NCBI GenBank assembly: GCA_048213135.1
Contig: PS015114.1
Location: 82,237 to 131,747, forward strand
Direction of reading: 5' to 3'
Source: Reclinomonas americana ATCC 50394
Lineage: Eukaryota
Length of the DNA stretch: 49,511 nt
Position numbers and translations under genes: made by a program
The notes under the pieces: generated by a model
Databases searched by the model: none
What the model was told of the DNA's origin: nothing
Seen by the model: only the letters and a program-made list of their open reading frames with translations
Part shown: piece by piece, positions 11,283 through 23,200 of the stretch
Numbering within the stretch: the stretch's first letter is position 1
How the letters are laid out: the number at the start of each line of letters is the position of its first letter

Positions 11283-14132
11283 CATTGTCTCATCTCATCT
11301 CACACTTGTGCGCCAGTGGACCTCTGTCATTCGCGTATGGTGGCGAGTATGCGAGACTGAGAGAACGCGTACGATCACTGGTGCAGATTGTGCGCGATGG
11401 TGGAGTCGAGATGGTGGTCTTCTTTGATGGAATGACTCCGCACGAGAAGGTTACTTGATCACTCGCCTGGATGCAGTCTCGCCACTGAATGCTGTTGTTG
11501 TTGTTGTTGTTCAGATTGCCACGGGAATCAGTCGACGACAGGCGACGTATGAGAAAGCGTGTGAGGCTGCAGAGGATTTGCATGTGCGCGGCCTCATGCC
11601 ACGCACTGATAAGTTTGTGCCTCCGTGCTGCATGCTGGTTTGTCTTCTGTCATGCCTGTCGCTCATTTCGTCCAGCTTCTCATTACCACTTCCTGGCATT
11701 GTAGCTGGAATGCATCCACGCATTCATCGAGTGCGGCGTGCAAGTCGTGCAGGCGGCGTATGAGGCCGATGCTCTGGTGGCCAAGTACGCTGTCGAGTTG
11801 CGTGCATGCGGGGGAACGTCAAGGAGTTTTTCCACTCGCCACTCATGTGCTGCTTGCAGGATCGGTGCCTTTGGTGTCGTCGGCAACGACTCGGACTTTC
11901 TGATCATGCAAACCGCCGGGTTCATCCCGATTGACTCGCTGGCTGTCGGCACGCAGGGTGAACTGGTGTGTTGGCGCTTCACCACCGCGTTCACACTCGA
12001 GCGACTGGGACTTGCATCCGTGGAGGTTTCGTCCGAGTGATGTATCGTGCGCCATGCAGCTTCTCCTCACTCGTGTACTGTGTGTGCACGCAGGAACTGT
12101 TGATGCTCGCCGCGCTCGTCGGCAACGATCGCATCGACAAACGACTGCAACAGCGCATCCAGGATCGGTTGTTTAATGAATCCCGAGGTCCCGGTTCCAG
12201 GTGCAGCGCGATTCTGTGTGTGACATTCGTCATCTCGTCGTCTCGCGACCCACCCATGTTCGTAGGGTCGCCAATCAGCTGCGCGAGTCGGCGGCTCGCA
12301 TTGCCGAGTTGTACGAGGGTGATCCTGAAAAGTTTCTGCGCCTTGTGCTCGGTGATCTGGCCAACGCGCGAAACATGGGTACGCTTGTGCACGCGCACAC
12401 GCAGAGTCGACACATCAGTTGCTCATCACCGGTGCTGGGCAGAGATGATTTTGACGTCGCGCAATCAGTACGACATTACGCAACTGGAGGAGACGCACAC
12501 GGAGATGCGCCGAGTTTTGTCTAGCGGTCTGGCGACGTGTGGTGGCGCCGACGAGGAGGGCCGAGCGGAGTTGATTGAGCGACTGGCGGAGTGCTACGAG
12601 ACGGCCAAAGTGTCGCCACGATTGATTTCTGGTTTGCCTGTCGTCGCCTTGGTTGGTTGTTGTGGCCGTTGTGATGCTCACTGCTGAATGCAGTACTCGG
12701 CGAGCGTGAATGGTGGTCACCACTTCTATTCGAATCGCGCAAGAATGGCCTGCTATTCAACCGCTTTGTGCCGCTGAGGAAGCGCTTCTACTCTATCGTC
12801 TGTGGAGTTGACTCTTGTACGTGCACAATGACTTCTTCATCCTTGTGTGGCTGGCTGACAACCTGCTGCTGCTGCTGCTGCAGCTGTCACCGAATTGGCC
12901 GTGTCGTACGACGTCTACCAGGGGAACAAGGTCGCTGCAGCTCCACGCACAGGCTTCGCACTTGAAGTGCGTGACGTAGTGGGCCTGCTGCGCCGACCGG
13001 TTGCCGATCGGTGCGTGCGACGAGTTGGAGTGCCTGCTCACCCCACGACTTATTCTTCGTGCGCTGTCGATGCACAGATGGGCATGCTTGTGGTGGATCC
13101 TGCATGGGGCGGCGGGCGGCGACGTCCAGCTCACCGCGGAGGTGTACTCGCGGTTGGAGTCGACCGCCATGATGGAGGACCTTCTGGTGCTGCTGTGTGT
13201 GCGATTGTGCCTCACCATGCCGCTGATGCGACCGAAGCTGTCGATTGTGTGGGCACTGCTCAAGTACTGCGACCGAGTACTGCAGACTCGCCCGCAGTAC
13301 CCCGATACGGAGCCGTACAACCTCGTCGACGTGCTGCATCGCATCCGACCGTGCGTCTCACCCACACCGTTGTCGTTGATCGCAATCCCCTCCCTCCTCA
13401 TCAATATATCGGTCGAGCAGAGACATTGCTCCACCCCCGCCATCGAACGCACAGCGTCCAGCAAGCGCCGCTGCTCCAGCTCCGGCTCCTGCCAGCGATG
13501 CAACCGAGTGGAGCACCGTGGCTGCGCCCGGATCCGCCTCCCGTCCGGCTTCGGCTCGCGGTGGTCGTGGAGGTGGTCGTGGTCGCGGTGGTGGCCGAGG
13601 GTCGTCGTCGTCGGCGGCAGCAGCTGACAGCGGCGAGTGGAGGGTGGCTGCTGCAGCCAGCAAAGGAGACTCGTCTGCCAAGGACCGCATTCAGGCGGCA
13701 GACATGACGACAGTGGCCATGGCCATGGAGGCACTAGCTATGCAAGTGTCCATGTTTGTCGAGGGGCTGATGCTGCCGGGCGATCCGTTCTTCCACCGCC
13801 CGATGCCATGGAGTGGCGATCAGTGGGCGCAGTGCGTGGATGAGACCAATTTTGCTGTCGAGGTGGACGTCCTCGGCACCACCTCGCCAGGCGTCGATCT
13901 GTACACGGCACAGTTTGTGGCCTTTGCTCTGCGCTCGCAACAAGACACGGCCACAGGTGGTGTATGGCGTGGCGGGAAATGGCGAGGCGGTGGTGGCGGC
14001 CAGCGAGGTGGGGGCGGTGGCGGCGGCCGACCTCATCTGCAACCCAATGGCCTGGAGTGGGTGATCGGCGACGATTTGTCGAAATCCCTGTCGCGCTGGA
14101 TTCTGTCACGCGCACCACCGGCCGACTTGTAG
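11021..14132 (+). CDS. XPG/PIN-domain nuclease-like protein, Asteroid/FAM120-like, with RGG-rich segments
   Basis: MGVPGL...LAVDG, FAYGGEY, VVFFDG, YEADALVA, VVGNDSDFLI and LAALVGND; these are the acidic motifs of the XPG-like PIN fold. RGG tracts near 13555-13600 and 13965-14030. Confidence 0.8.
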
Positions 14133-14161
14133 TAGCGCGACAATAATAATCACTGCCTATA

Positions 14162-15262
14162 TTATGACACGGCAGGCGATGCGCTTTGCTGCTGCTGCTG
14201 CTGCTGCTTCTCGTCGAATTCTGCGTGTATCCGCTTTGCTCGCCGATGCGCCAAGTAATTGAGCGCAATCACACCCCCGATTGCTCCCACCTGTCACACG
14301 AGTGCGCACTGTTTAGTGGACAGGCACGGCAATGCACAAGAAGATCCACTTGTGCGCGCACCAACACCATGACCACAATGCCTCGCTCGCCAGTGCCCTG
14401 CATAGGCGGCAGCGTGTCTTCCTCGAAATCCTCAAACGAATTTCGGAAGCGATCCTCCTCGTCGGTGACGCCCAGAATCACGCGATCGTACTCTTGCGGG
14501 TGATTCTTCTGAATGTACTCTGCGCCCCCAGCAAGAAAGAGTCAAAACAGCGCCTCGTCACAGCCAGCGACTCACGCCACCGCGCTCACCAGCTCGCCTC
14601 TCCCGCTCACGCTCCTTGTCGGCCTCATGCGACCACGGATGCGCCGGATCTGTGAACTTTTCCAGCTCCGCTCGCTCTCGCGTGCCGGCCGGGATCTGCA
14701 CCTCGCCCAGCCGCTGAATCGCCTACGCAGAGGATGCACACTCAGCACTCAAAGACAACAGCCAAGGAGAAGACAACAACACACCTGCTCATGCGTTTCA
14801 CCTCGTTTCCGCGTCTCCTCATCGACCTCATGCCCAGTTCGTATGAACCACTCCTGCCACTCTCGCGACGGGAACTCGTCTCCATCACCAGCGTTCTGCC
14901 ACCACCGCAACCGATCTGCAATACAACGCAACGGTAAGCACAATGCCTAAGGAGGATTAGGCGGCGACGACATGCATTGTACCTTTCCACGGTGCCTTCC
15001 ACTTGCTCTTCACCTGCGCATCGCGATGTGCATCGTCAAGCGCCTGTGCCCACTTGCGCTCGGCATGAGCGCCCTCGCGCCACGTGCTCTGCGCATCCCA
15101 CCACTCTCGTGCCAATCGCTCATCGTCGTCATCGGAGGACGCAGAGGGCGGCTGCAGGCGATGTTGCGGTGGAGGTGCATCGAGGGAGGTGACGGGCTTT
15201 GGTGGGGTCGACGACACCCATCGTAGGGAGAGAAGAAGGCGACGAGTGGCGCGCACGAGCAT
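14162..15262 (-). CDS. Hypothetical protein, probably mitochondrial, with a single C-terminal TM helix
   Basis: Arg/Leu/Ser-rich presequence-like N-terminus (MLVRATRRLLLSLRWVSS). Five exons join with GT-AG introns. C-terminal IVVMVL|VGAIGGVIALNYL and poly-Q; stop TAA 14162-14164. Confidence 0.6.
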
Positions 15263-15304
15263 CGATCCGAAAAGAGCAGTGACTCACCACCACTGACCTC
15301 AGCG

Positions 15305-16340
15305 ATGGTGTGTGAGCGCGACTGCGTCTGTGTTGCATCGATGCTCACTGTTGCTCACACAGAGACTGGTTCTCCAACGCGTCTTGTCGTCCTCTGTCGT
15401 TGCGTGCCACTGCTGCCCACGATACACTCACACACTCGCTCACTAGCATGCATGCAGGAGGTCGATGGACAAGTGGTGTCACAGATTGGACGAGGTATGC
15501 GCGCGCAAACAACATAGCAAAAGTCGACGTGTGTCTCACTGTGCATGTGGTGTGCGTAGGCTTGAATGTGCTGGTCGGCATCTCGCGTGACGACACCATG
15601 GAGGATGCAGAGCAACTGTGTGTGTCGCTTTGTCGTTGTCTGTGCGCTCCCTCGCTCGTCTTGTGACTGTGGTCAGTGATGCAGGTGCCGCAAGCTGCTT
15701 CAGGTGCGCATGTTTGAGGACGAGGGCGGTCGGTGGTGGAGCAAGTCGGTCAAGGATTTGGGTCTGGAGGTGCTGCTGGTGTCGCAGTTCACGTTGTATG
15801 GGTCGACCAAGAAGGGTTAGTGTGGATGCGTGGAGTGCGTGAGATAGAGAGAGAGTGAGGGCGGCTGACGGGTCGCAGGGTACAAGCCGGACTTTCATGT
15901 GGCGATGAAGAGCGACGAGTCGCGCGAGTTCTACGCGCAGTTTGTGCGCATGGTGCGTGAGGCGTATGAGCCGGACAAGGTCAAAGGTACTGCGTGTATC
16001 CGTACATGGGTTGGAAGTGGTACAGTGTGCTTAATTACCATGCCCAGATGGTGTGTTTGGTGCCATGATGAATGTCAAGATCGAGAACGACGGGCCGGTC
16101 ACGCTGGTGGTGAGTGAGGCCGCTCGATCGCGATCGGTGTGGTGGCTTACGAGAATGCACGCGCAGATCGATAGCTATTCCACCACACAGCCAGTCGCGC
16201 CTCCTCCTGCAGCCAAGTCGGCAGCGGCTGCAGGCTCAGGTTCGGGCTCCCGATCGTCGCGAGGCGGGGCGCCGAAGGTGGCATCCTCACCAGAGGGCGA
16301 TGCTGCAGCGGGGCCGAGTGGCGACAGCGGCGACAAGTAA
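15305..16340 (+). CDS. DTD1: D-aminoacyl-tRNA deacylase
   Basis: [34 protein letters not shown] and [17 protein letters not shown], i.e. the SQFTL and Gly-cisPro NDGP signatures. Low-complexity C-terminal tail; stop TAA 16338-16340. Confidence 0.95.
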
Positions 16341-16551
16341 AGAAAAATGCTGGCAGCTGTGAAAGCGAACACTTGGCCGATTGCAGAAGTCGTCGAGTTG
16401 TCATTTCCAAGGCGCGCTGGATGAGATAGCTGCGCGTATCCTTGGCAGAATGGAGGTGTGCATTCGGTGCACGTACGACGTCGCAGCGACGTATTTCCGA
16501 TGCATGCATCGACGGACAAGACGGACAACTCCCGTTTCGTTTCCGTCACAA

Positions 16552-19500
16552 ATGGCCTCCGCGAGTGACTCGTCGCCGCTCTCTGCCGCCGCTAATGCAC
16601 CGCTGGCCAGCCCCAACAACCGCTCCCCACTTCGCTCGGCAGTGATGCAAGTTTCGCGGGCACTGCACGCACTCGACATGCCATGTCCCCTATTGCACTC
16701 ACACTTGTGCACAGTCTCTCACTCCCAGCCGTCGCACCAAGGTGGAGATGGCTGCGCTCGACCGCCCGCCCACTCACGTCCGCGACTCTGTGCGTCGCAA
16801 CAAGCACGTCAGTCGCACATGTTCCATTGGTTCGCAGAAGGAGTTGACAGCGCAGCAACACATGGGCGAGCTGCTGGAGGTTCCAGAGTGCCCGCACCTG
16901 CACATGTGGGTCTCCCCGGCACACAAGACCACCGACGAGGCCGACGATGCCACAGTTGCGGAACATAATGTGCATTTTGTGATTTTCGCGCCAATGCAAT
17001 CATCTCCTTCCTCATCATCTTCTCCTCCTCCCGCATTCGTGGATACCGACCGGCAGGCACTGGTGACGCGCTCTGTCGAGTGGCTTTGTGCTGCGGAGCC
17101 GGCCCGTGTCATGCTGATGAGCATTGGTGGAGTCCGCACGGGCAAGACCGATCAGTTGTATGGAGCAGTGGGTCAGCCGGATGCAGGAGTCGTCTGCCGG
17201 ATTGTGGATCGCATGCTGGCGTCGGAGCGCGTGCAGAGCGTTGCGTACACGTGGAGGAGCTCTTGTCGGTGTGGGCTGCACACTTGTGAACTGACGCATG
17301 TGTGAGCAGGTGTCGGTGCTCGCAGTCGATGCTGTCGGTCAGCCCTCGCGCTTCTCCTACGAGCTCCTCACCATCGGGCAGCAGGTGCGCATGCGGTGCT
17401 GCTTGTAGTGTGAGGGGGGTGCCCGGTGTTCTTCTTATTCGTCATTGCTGCAGGATGAGCTGCCGTTTGTTCCGGTGCGCCCGGTGCTGAGCTCTGCCGA
17501 GTGGCCTGCCTTCGTGCACAAGGGCGCGCGAGAGGCAGCGGTCGTCGAGTTCACCTCGCTGACTCCCAAGACGGCAAAGAGGTCGGTAGATTGTCGCGCA
17601 GACCTATTAGACAAGCGAGTTGCTGATCATGATGTTGGTCGGCTGTGCGCAGCCTCATCCGCCAGATTGGCGTGCAGAAGCGCGGACCGCTCGGTCGCAC
17701 GGCACACCTGCGGCATCGCGTGGTGACTGTGCGCTTTGAGAGTTGCGTGCGCACGACACGCGGTATCGCGGTACTCTTCTCTCTATTCACATCGCTCTGC
17801 AGTGACGAGTGCCGACATGGACCAGCGCGGCACAACAATCAGTGATCTCGTGGTGTGCGACACAGATGGTGTGGCTCTACTTGTAGTCATCGACGCGGTC
17901 CTGTGGCACGATGCTCATCCACCATTGCAGGAGCCGACAGTGCGTTCCGTGCGGAACTGTTCTACGAGGTGCACCGCATGCACGAGGCGCAGACGGAGGC
18001 CAACCGTCCATTCCGCCACGATGTCATGCGTCTGCTCACCGGCTTTGTCAACGAGCCGATGCCTCGAGTGCAGACGGTGTGCATCCCTGTGCGCTTCTCT
18101 CCTTTCCGTGAAGTCTCTGGCTCACGCGCGCGTGATGTGGCAGGTTTTCTGCGTCAGCATTGATCCGCGTGCCATGGATGTGCAGCGCTTCGTGTCCATT
18201 TCTCGCTCCGGTAGTGTCGTCGGTGAACCGATGGACGATGCGGCGGTGAGTTGTCGGAGTCGGATCCATGGTGCATGTGATGCGTGCGCTTATACTGGCG
18301 AGCCACAGGCCAGCACCATGGAGATCTCGCCGACTGCTACAAACACTGTCCGTCGCTCGGTACGTGGGTGTCTTTCAGTGCGCAGCGTAAATGTTGCTCA
18401 CGCGGCTTGTGTTGTGCACAGCCACGTGTTCGCTCAGCAAGCGGTGCTGCGGTGCAGCGTCAGCGCACACTGGTTCGTTCGCGCACCTCTCTCTCCCTGT
18501 TTCTTATCGCACTTTTTTGAGAAATGCGTGTTGCAGGACCGTGACTTGGCGCAGGCTGCGAGCTCTCCAGCTACTCGCAAGACGGTGAGTGTTGTTCATC
18601 ACTTGTTGCCGTGTGCATTCGTGATACCCACTAGCTGTGACGACCGATGCAGATTACGGTGGCGGAGATGGCGAGGGTGAGTTTGGCAGTCGCCGACTTT
18701 GAAGCAACATTATTCTGTCTGATGTTTATCTGTGCGTGTTGTTTGTGGCAGACCGAGGTGCGGTATTGCAGAAAGCTGTTGTTACAGAATGAGCCCAACG
18801 CGCTCAACCCTCCTCTGTCGACTATCACAGGTCCGCCAGCTTACCCANNNNNNNNNNNNNNNNNNNNGGAGAACAGTGAGCTCCGTCACCTTGTGCAAGC
18901 GCTCCGCGACGAGGTGGAGATTCTGCATGCGACTGTGGCCATGCATCAGCATCAGGAGCAAGGTGCGGTACTGATTCGCTGTACCGTTGGTGACGAGTAA
19001 CTCGGCTCACCTTGTTGTCGCGTGTTCGGCAAATAGATAATTCGCGAAGGCACACTGGTGCATTTGTACTGCGTTAATCGTGAGACATGATGTGTTGTCC
19101 TGCTCACCGATTCTGTTCCATACAGAGTCCCTGACGTCACTGCAGGAGCGCTTGCTGCAGGCCGAGGGTGTGTGACATGCAGCTGAGGATTCCATTCGTT
19201 TCCATGTGCTGATACTGGTCGATGTACAGGGTCTGTGGAGCGCAAGAATCGCGAGAACGATGATCTGCAGCGTTGCGTGTGCCTGTTGCCATGAGCCGCC
19301 CAGATTGATGCACTTGGTTGGCTCTAACATGTCCTTATGCCGCTGCAGACCGCCTGGCGCAGTCTGAAACAGAAGTGCGCGACCTGAAAGGTACATACAT
19401 ATACGTGTGCGTGTACCGCCAGTCCGTACTCTCGGCTGCTCACTCACCTCGACTCTCACAGCCGAGCTGGAGACCGTCATTCGTAACCNNNNNNNNNNNN

Positions 19501-19829
19501 NNNNNNNNNNNNNNNNNNNNNNNNNNNNNNNNNNNNNATTTCCCACTTGCTAAACTCGTGTGACAGTGGTCACGTCGCCGGCACCGGCACCCCGCTTGCC
19601 GGAGCAGCCGACAACTCCCATGACACCGCCGTCGCGCCCGGCCGTGGTCATCTACCGTACTCCGACCGGTCGCAAGTGGCACACGAACCCACGTTGCGGC
19701 AACACGCAGACCGCGATTCCCATCGAATGCCGCGATGAGATCGCACACCATGGCCTCTCCGCGTGCAAAAACTGCGGATTCGCCGACATTTCGTTGCTGC
19801 CCCAGTCGTCGCCGAAGACTCGGCGCTGA
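16552..19829 (+). CDS. Highly degenerate kinesin-motor-like protein with a coiled coil and a C-terminal Cys/His metal-binding domain; spans two small gaps
   Basis: P-loop GGVRTGKT followed by DAGVVCRIVDRML. Kinesin-like elements appear in the expected order: RHRVVTVRFE, SDLVVCDTDG, RPFRHDVMRLL, TVFCVSIDP. Heptad-rich exons at about 18870-19480. Joining of the last exon across gap 19489-19537 is inferred. Confidence 0.6.
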
Positions 19830-20276
19830 TCGAGCACGCCAGGTTTCTTTTTTGTTTTGTCTTCTCTCCAACTTTGTGTCGCGGTGCTTTTTTCGTTGAG
19901 ATGCAGTGAAAGGTCGACGTTGAACGGATGCTTCAAAACTCCGCCGAGATGTGTCTGATATTCAATAATTTTTTCTCAGTTTTCCTTCTGAAGCATCTGC
20001 GCAGATTATGCTTGCTGCTCCCAAGCAAAATCTTCGGCGGCGAGGCCGCTTTCACTTGCACTCCCTGGTGGTATGTCAGGAATGCAGCTGATTAGCGGAC
20101 ATACTGCGCAAGAGTGGCTTTTCGTTGTCTTCTAACAGCAACAACTCACCGCACCCATTTGCTGCCTCCAGCAGGGCAGTTCTCAAGTGAGTGCGAAGGA
20201 GTCGGCGACGGCCATCGTCGACCGAACAAACTTGATTTTTCCGATCCACGCACTCTTTTGAGGTTCCCGGAGAGCC

Positions 20277-23200
20277 ATGCACATCCGTGTCATTATTCTC
20301 AGTGCGTCTCTCTGTGACATTCGCTCTTTTGTGTGCCCTTGCTGACACTTGTTGTGCAGGGTGGGAGCGCGTGCCCTCTGGCTCCATTCCAGGACACACA
20401 CGACACTGTTTGTCCGTGTCTCACTCATCGTCTTGCGTGTGTGTGCGTGTGTGTTGTGTGCGCGCTCTCTATCTCTCTCTCTCGCAGTGCCGCATTCTTG
20501 GTGCTTCTAGTCGTGACACACGTCAGTGCGCAGACAGGAGGTGCGTCGCTCTCTCTCTCTCTTTCTCTCTGTCTCTTCTTTGCTGCTGTGCCAACACATG
20601 ACTGCTCTTGCGCACCTCCCACAGGTGGTACATGCACCAGTGGCACGCAGTGCAGCCAACCCGGCGGCAATTGTGTCAATGGCTCCTGTGTCTGCAACAT
20701 CCAGGTGATATGCGCATCATGGCCTCCTGTAGTATCTCTTGTTTTTCTCACATTAGTGCACCGTCTGTGGTGTTTGTTGTCTGGCAGTACCGCGGCGCCA
20801 ACTGCGAAGTCTGCGCCCCGAACTACAAGAAGACCGGCCATCCGTTCTGCGGCCAAGGCCCCGATCAGTACGTGCAGAATCCCGTTGCTTGCACCGACGC
20901 TGTCACCTGCAGCGGTCGCGGTCTGTGCTTGAATGACGGCACTTGCTACGTTGCGTGTGTGAGAGAGAGAGAGAAGAAAGACAGTGTGTGTGTGCTTCTC
21001 GGAGAAATTCTCTCATGCTCACTGTGTCGTGCGTGCAGTGCCCGTTCCCCTTTGCGGGCACCAACTGTGGCAGCTGCGCCGCTGGACGCTTTGGTGCTCA
21101 GTGCACAGGCACGGCTCCGCCGCCGCCACCACCGCCACCACCGCCAACACCGCCACCGCCGACTNNNNNNNNNNNNNNNNNNNNNNNNNNNNNNNNNNNN
21201 NNNNNNNNNNNNNNNNNNNNNNNNNNNNNNNNNNNNNNNNNNNNNNNNNNNNNNNNNNNNNNNNNNNNNNNNNNNNNNNNNNNNNNNNNNNNNNNNNNNN
21301 NNNNNNNNNNNNNNNNNNNNNNNNNNNNNNNNNNNNNNNNNNNNNNNNNNNNNNNCCCGACGCCACTGGCAGCAACTGGAAGGTGAGTGTGCCTCGATAC
21401 GATCACCCTTCCTTTCCACTCATCACTCAGCTGACCACGTACGCGCGTGTCTTCTTTGCAGTTCCCGCAAAGTGTGGCCTCGGGCGACCCGACGCACAAC
21501 AGTGCCGTCTTGTGGACACGCGTGGTGCCTCTCGATGCGCCCGCCACCGGTCCACTGCCCGTCTTGTCGAGTGTCTCGATTTCACTGCGCGTGAGCAGCA
21601 CTGCTGCAAACGCCGGCAGCATGGAGAGCAAGTTGCGACGGGGCACGAGTCGCCTTGCTGTACCTGCACTCACGGATCATCATTTCTGGTGCATGTGTGC
21701 AGTGCGGCACTGGTCGGCCCGTTTGTTATCGACCTCAAGGTCACCGCGTCGAGCTCTCTCCACATGACCGCGCGGCAAAAGGTCGCCAATCTGCAGCCCA
21801 ACACCACGTACTACTATCAATTTCAGGCCGGCAGCGTGCTGTCTCGAGTGCGTCACGAGCTGTGGGCGGCAGAATCTGTTGTTTTGCTCACGTAACACTC
21901 CTACATTTTCACAGGTCGGCCGCTTCAAGACATTCCCGTCGCCTGGATCCAACGCAGTGTCGCGGCTGAAGGTTGCGATGATCACTTGCCAGGACTGGTC
22001 CGACAATCACTGGGGCGGCTACACGGATCTTGTCGACAATGAGCGCGATGTCGACTTTGTGCTGCATCTGGGTGACTACATTTACGAGTAGTTGCGTGCG
22101 GTGGTGCTTGAAACAGTCTGCATGCGGGAAGAATGAGAGAATGACTGGCATTCCTCTCCCTTGTCTCCTTCTTGTGTCGTTGCAGCCCGACGATTGGCTC
22201 CGCAACGGTGTGTTCTCTTGCAAGTAGCGTGTGTTTCCTGCCGTTTCTCATTATCGTGTCACAGAACCCCACTGGCGAAGCTGCACATCCACCGTTCTTG
22301 CTACCGAACGGTGTGGGCGACTTGGCCAATGTTGACGGCACAAACCCATACCGCGCGTGCGTTTTTGCTATCTCTCCTGCTCCATGTGCACAGGGTGCTG
22401 TCGCGACTCACTCCAGCACAATATGCGCGATGCAGAGATACGCTGGAAGACTTCCGCACCCTGTACGCCACATACCGCACCGATGCACGCCTGCAGCGCG
22501 CACACGAGTACTTCCCATTCATCGTCATGTTGCGTTGGGACTTGATTTCCTCTATTCGCTCTCGCTGATCGTGATACTTTGCCGCCGCAGCTGGGACGAC
22601 CACGAGTTCTCCAACGACGGCTGGATGGATCATGACACGTACCCGAACTCGAATCCAGCGGTGCCGCAGCGCCGACGCTCGGCCTCCACAGCGTGGTTCG
22701 AGTTCACGCCGGCCGATGTTGTCCTCGACACCAGCAACCCCGACAGCTACGACGTTGTGCGCATCTATCGCGACTTTTTGTGTTGCGTACGCACCTCTCC
22801 TGCATCCTGCGTTGGAAAACACGTCGTCTCACACTTATGTCGCAGTCGGCAACCTCGCTCACCTGTTTGTCACGGACTCGCGTGTCTACCGCTCGGATCA
22901 TGTACGTTACAGTACATCCATCCACGTGTACACACACACACACGCCCATCCACGTGCACACACACAGAGAGAGAGAGAGCACGCACGCACACTATTTTTC
23001 CTTCTCTTTTCTCTGCAGCTCACAGCACTGTGCTTGTGCAGACTATTCCCGAGACCACCATCAACCCGCTCACTGGCCAGGAAATTGGTAGCGTAGGCTC
23101 ACGTCAGGTTGTCGACGATGCACTCCGCGCTGCTGCTGAAGCCGCGTTGATTGCGAAGGCGACGGCGTTGAACCCCAACGATCCGCTCGCGCTCACTACC

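Noticed and set aside
14820-14910. NDUFA12-like identity for the mitochondrial hypothetical protein (PSREWQEWF)
   Set aside because: Only a few residues resemble it; the rest of the family pattern is absent.
20360-20372. GC-donor 7-nt microexon at the PhoD N-terminus
   Set aside because: An all-GT alternative (donor gtcatt plus an 11-nt exon) gives the same downstream frame. It cannot be decided without cDNA.
22081-22095. Apparent in-frame TAG after GDYIYE, suggesting stop-codon reassignment or a pseudogene
   Set aside because: The G is the first intron base (ta|gttgcg...cag|c gives TAC). No alternative genetic code is needed, and TAA, TAG and TGA all end genes here.
22085-22190. Idea that GTTGCG introns are really cut one base later (TT...AG+N, non-canonical ends)
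   Set aside because: Shifting both ends creates TAG at 22089-22091 and replaces conserved residues elsewhere (M>R at 7051, F>C at 22782). Ordinary GT-AG cleavage fits better.
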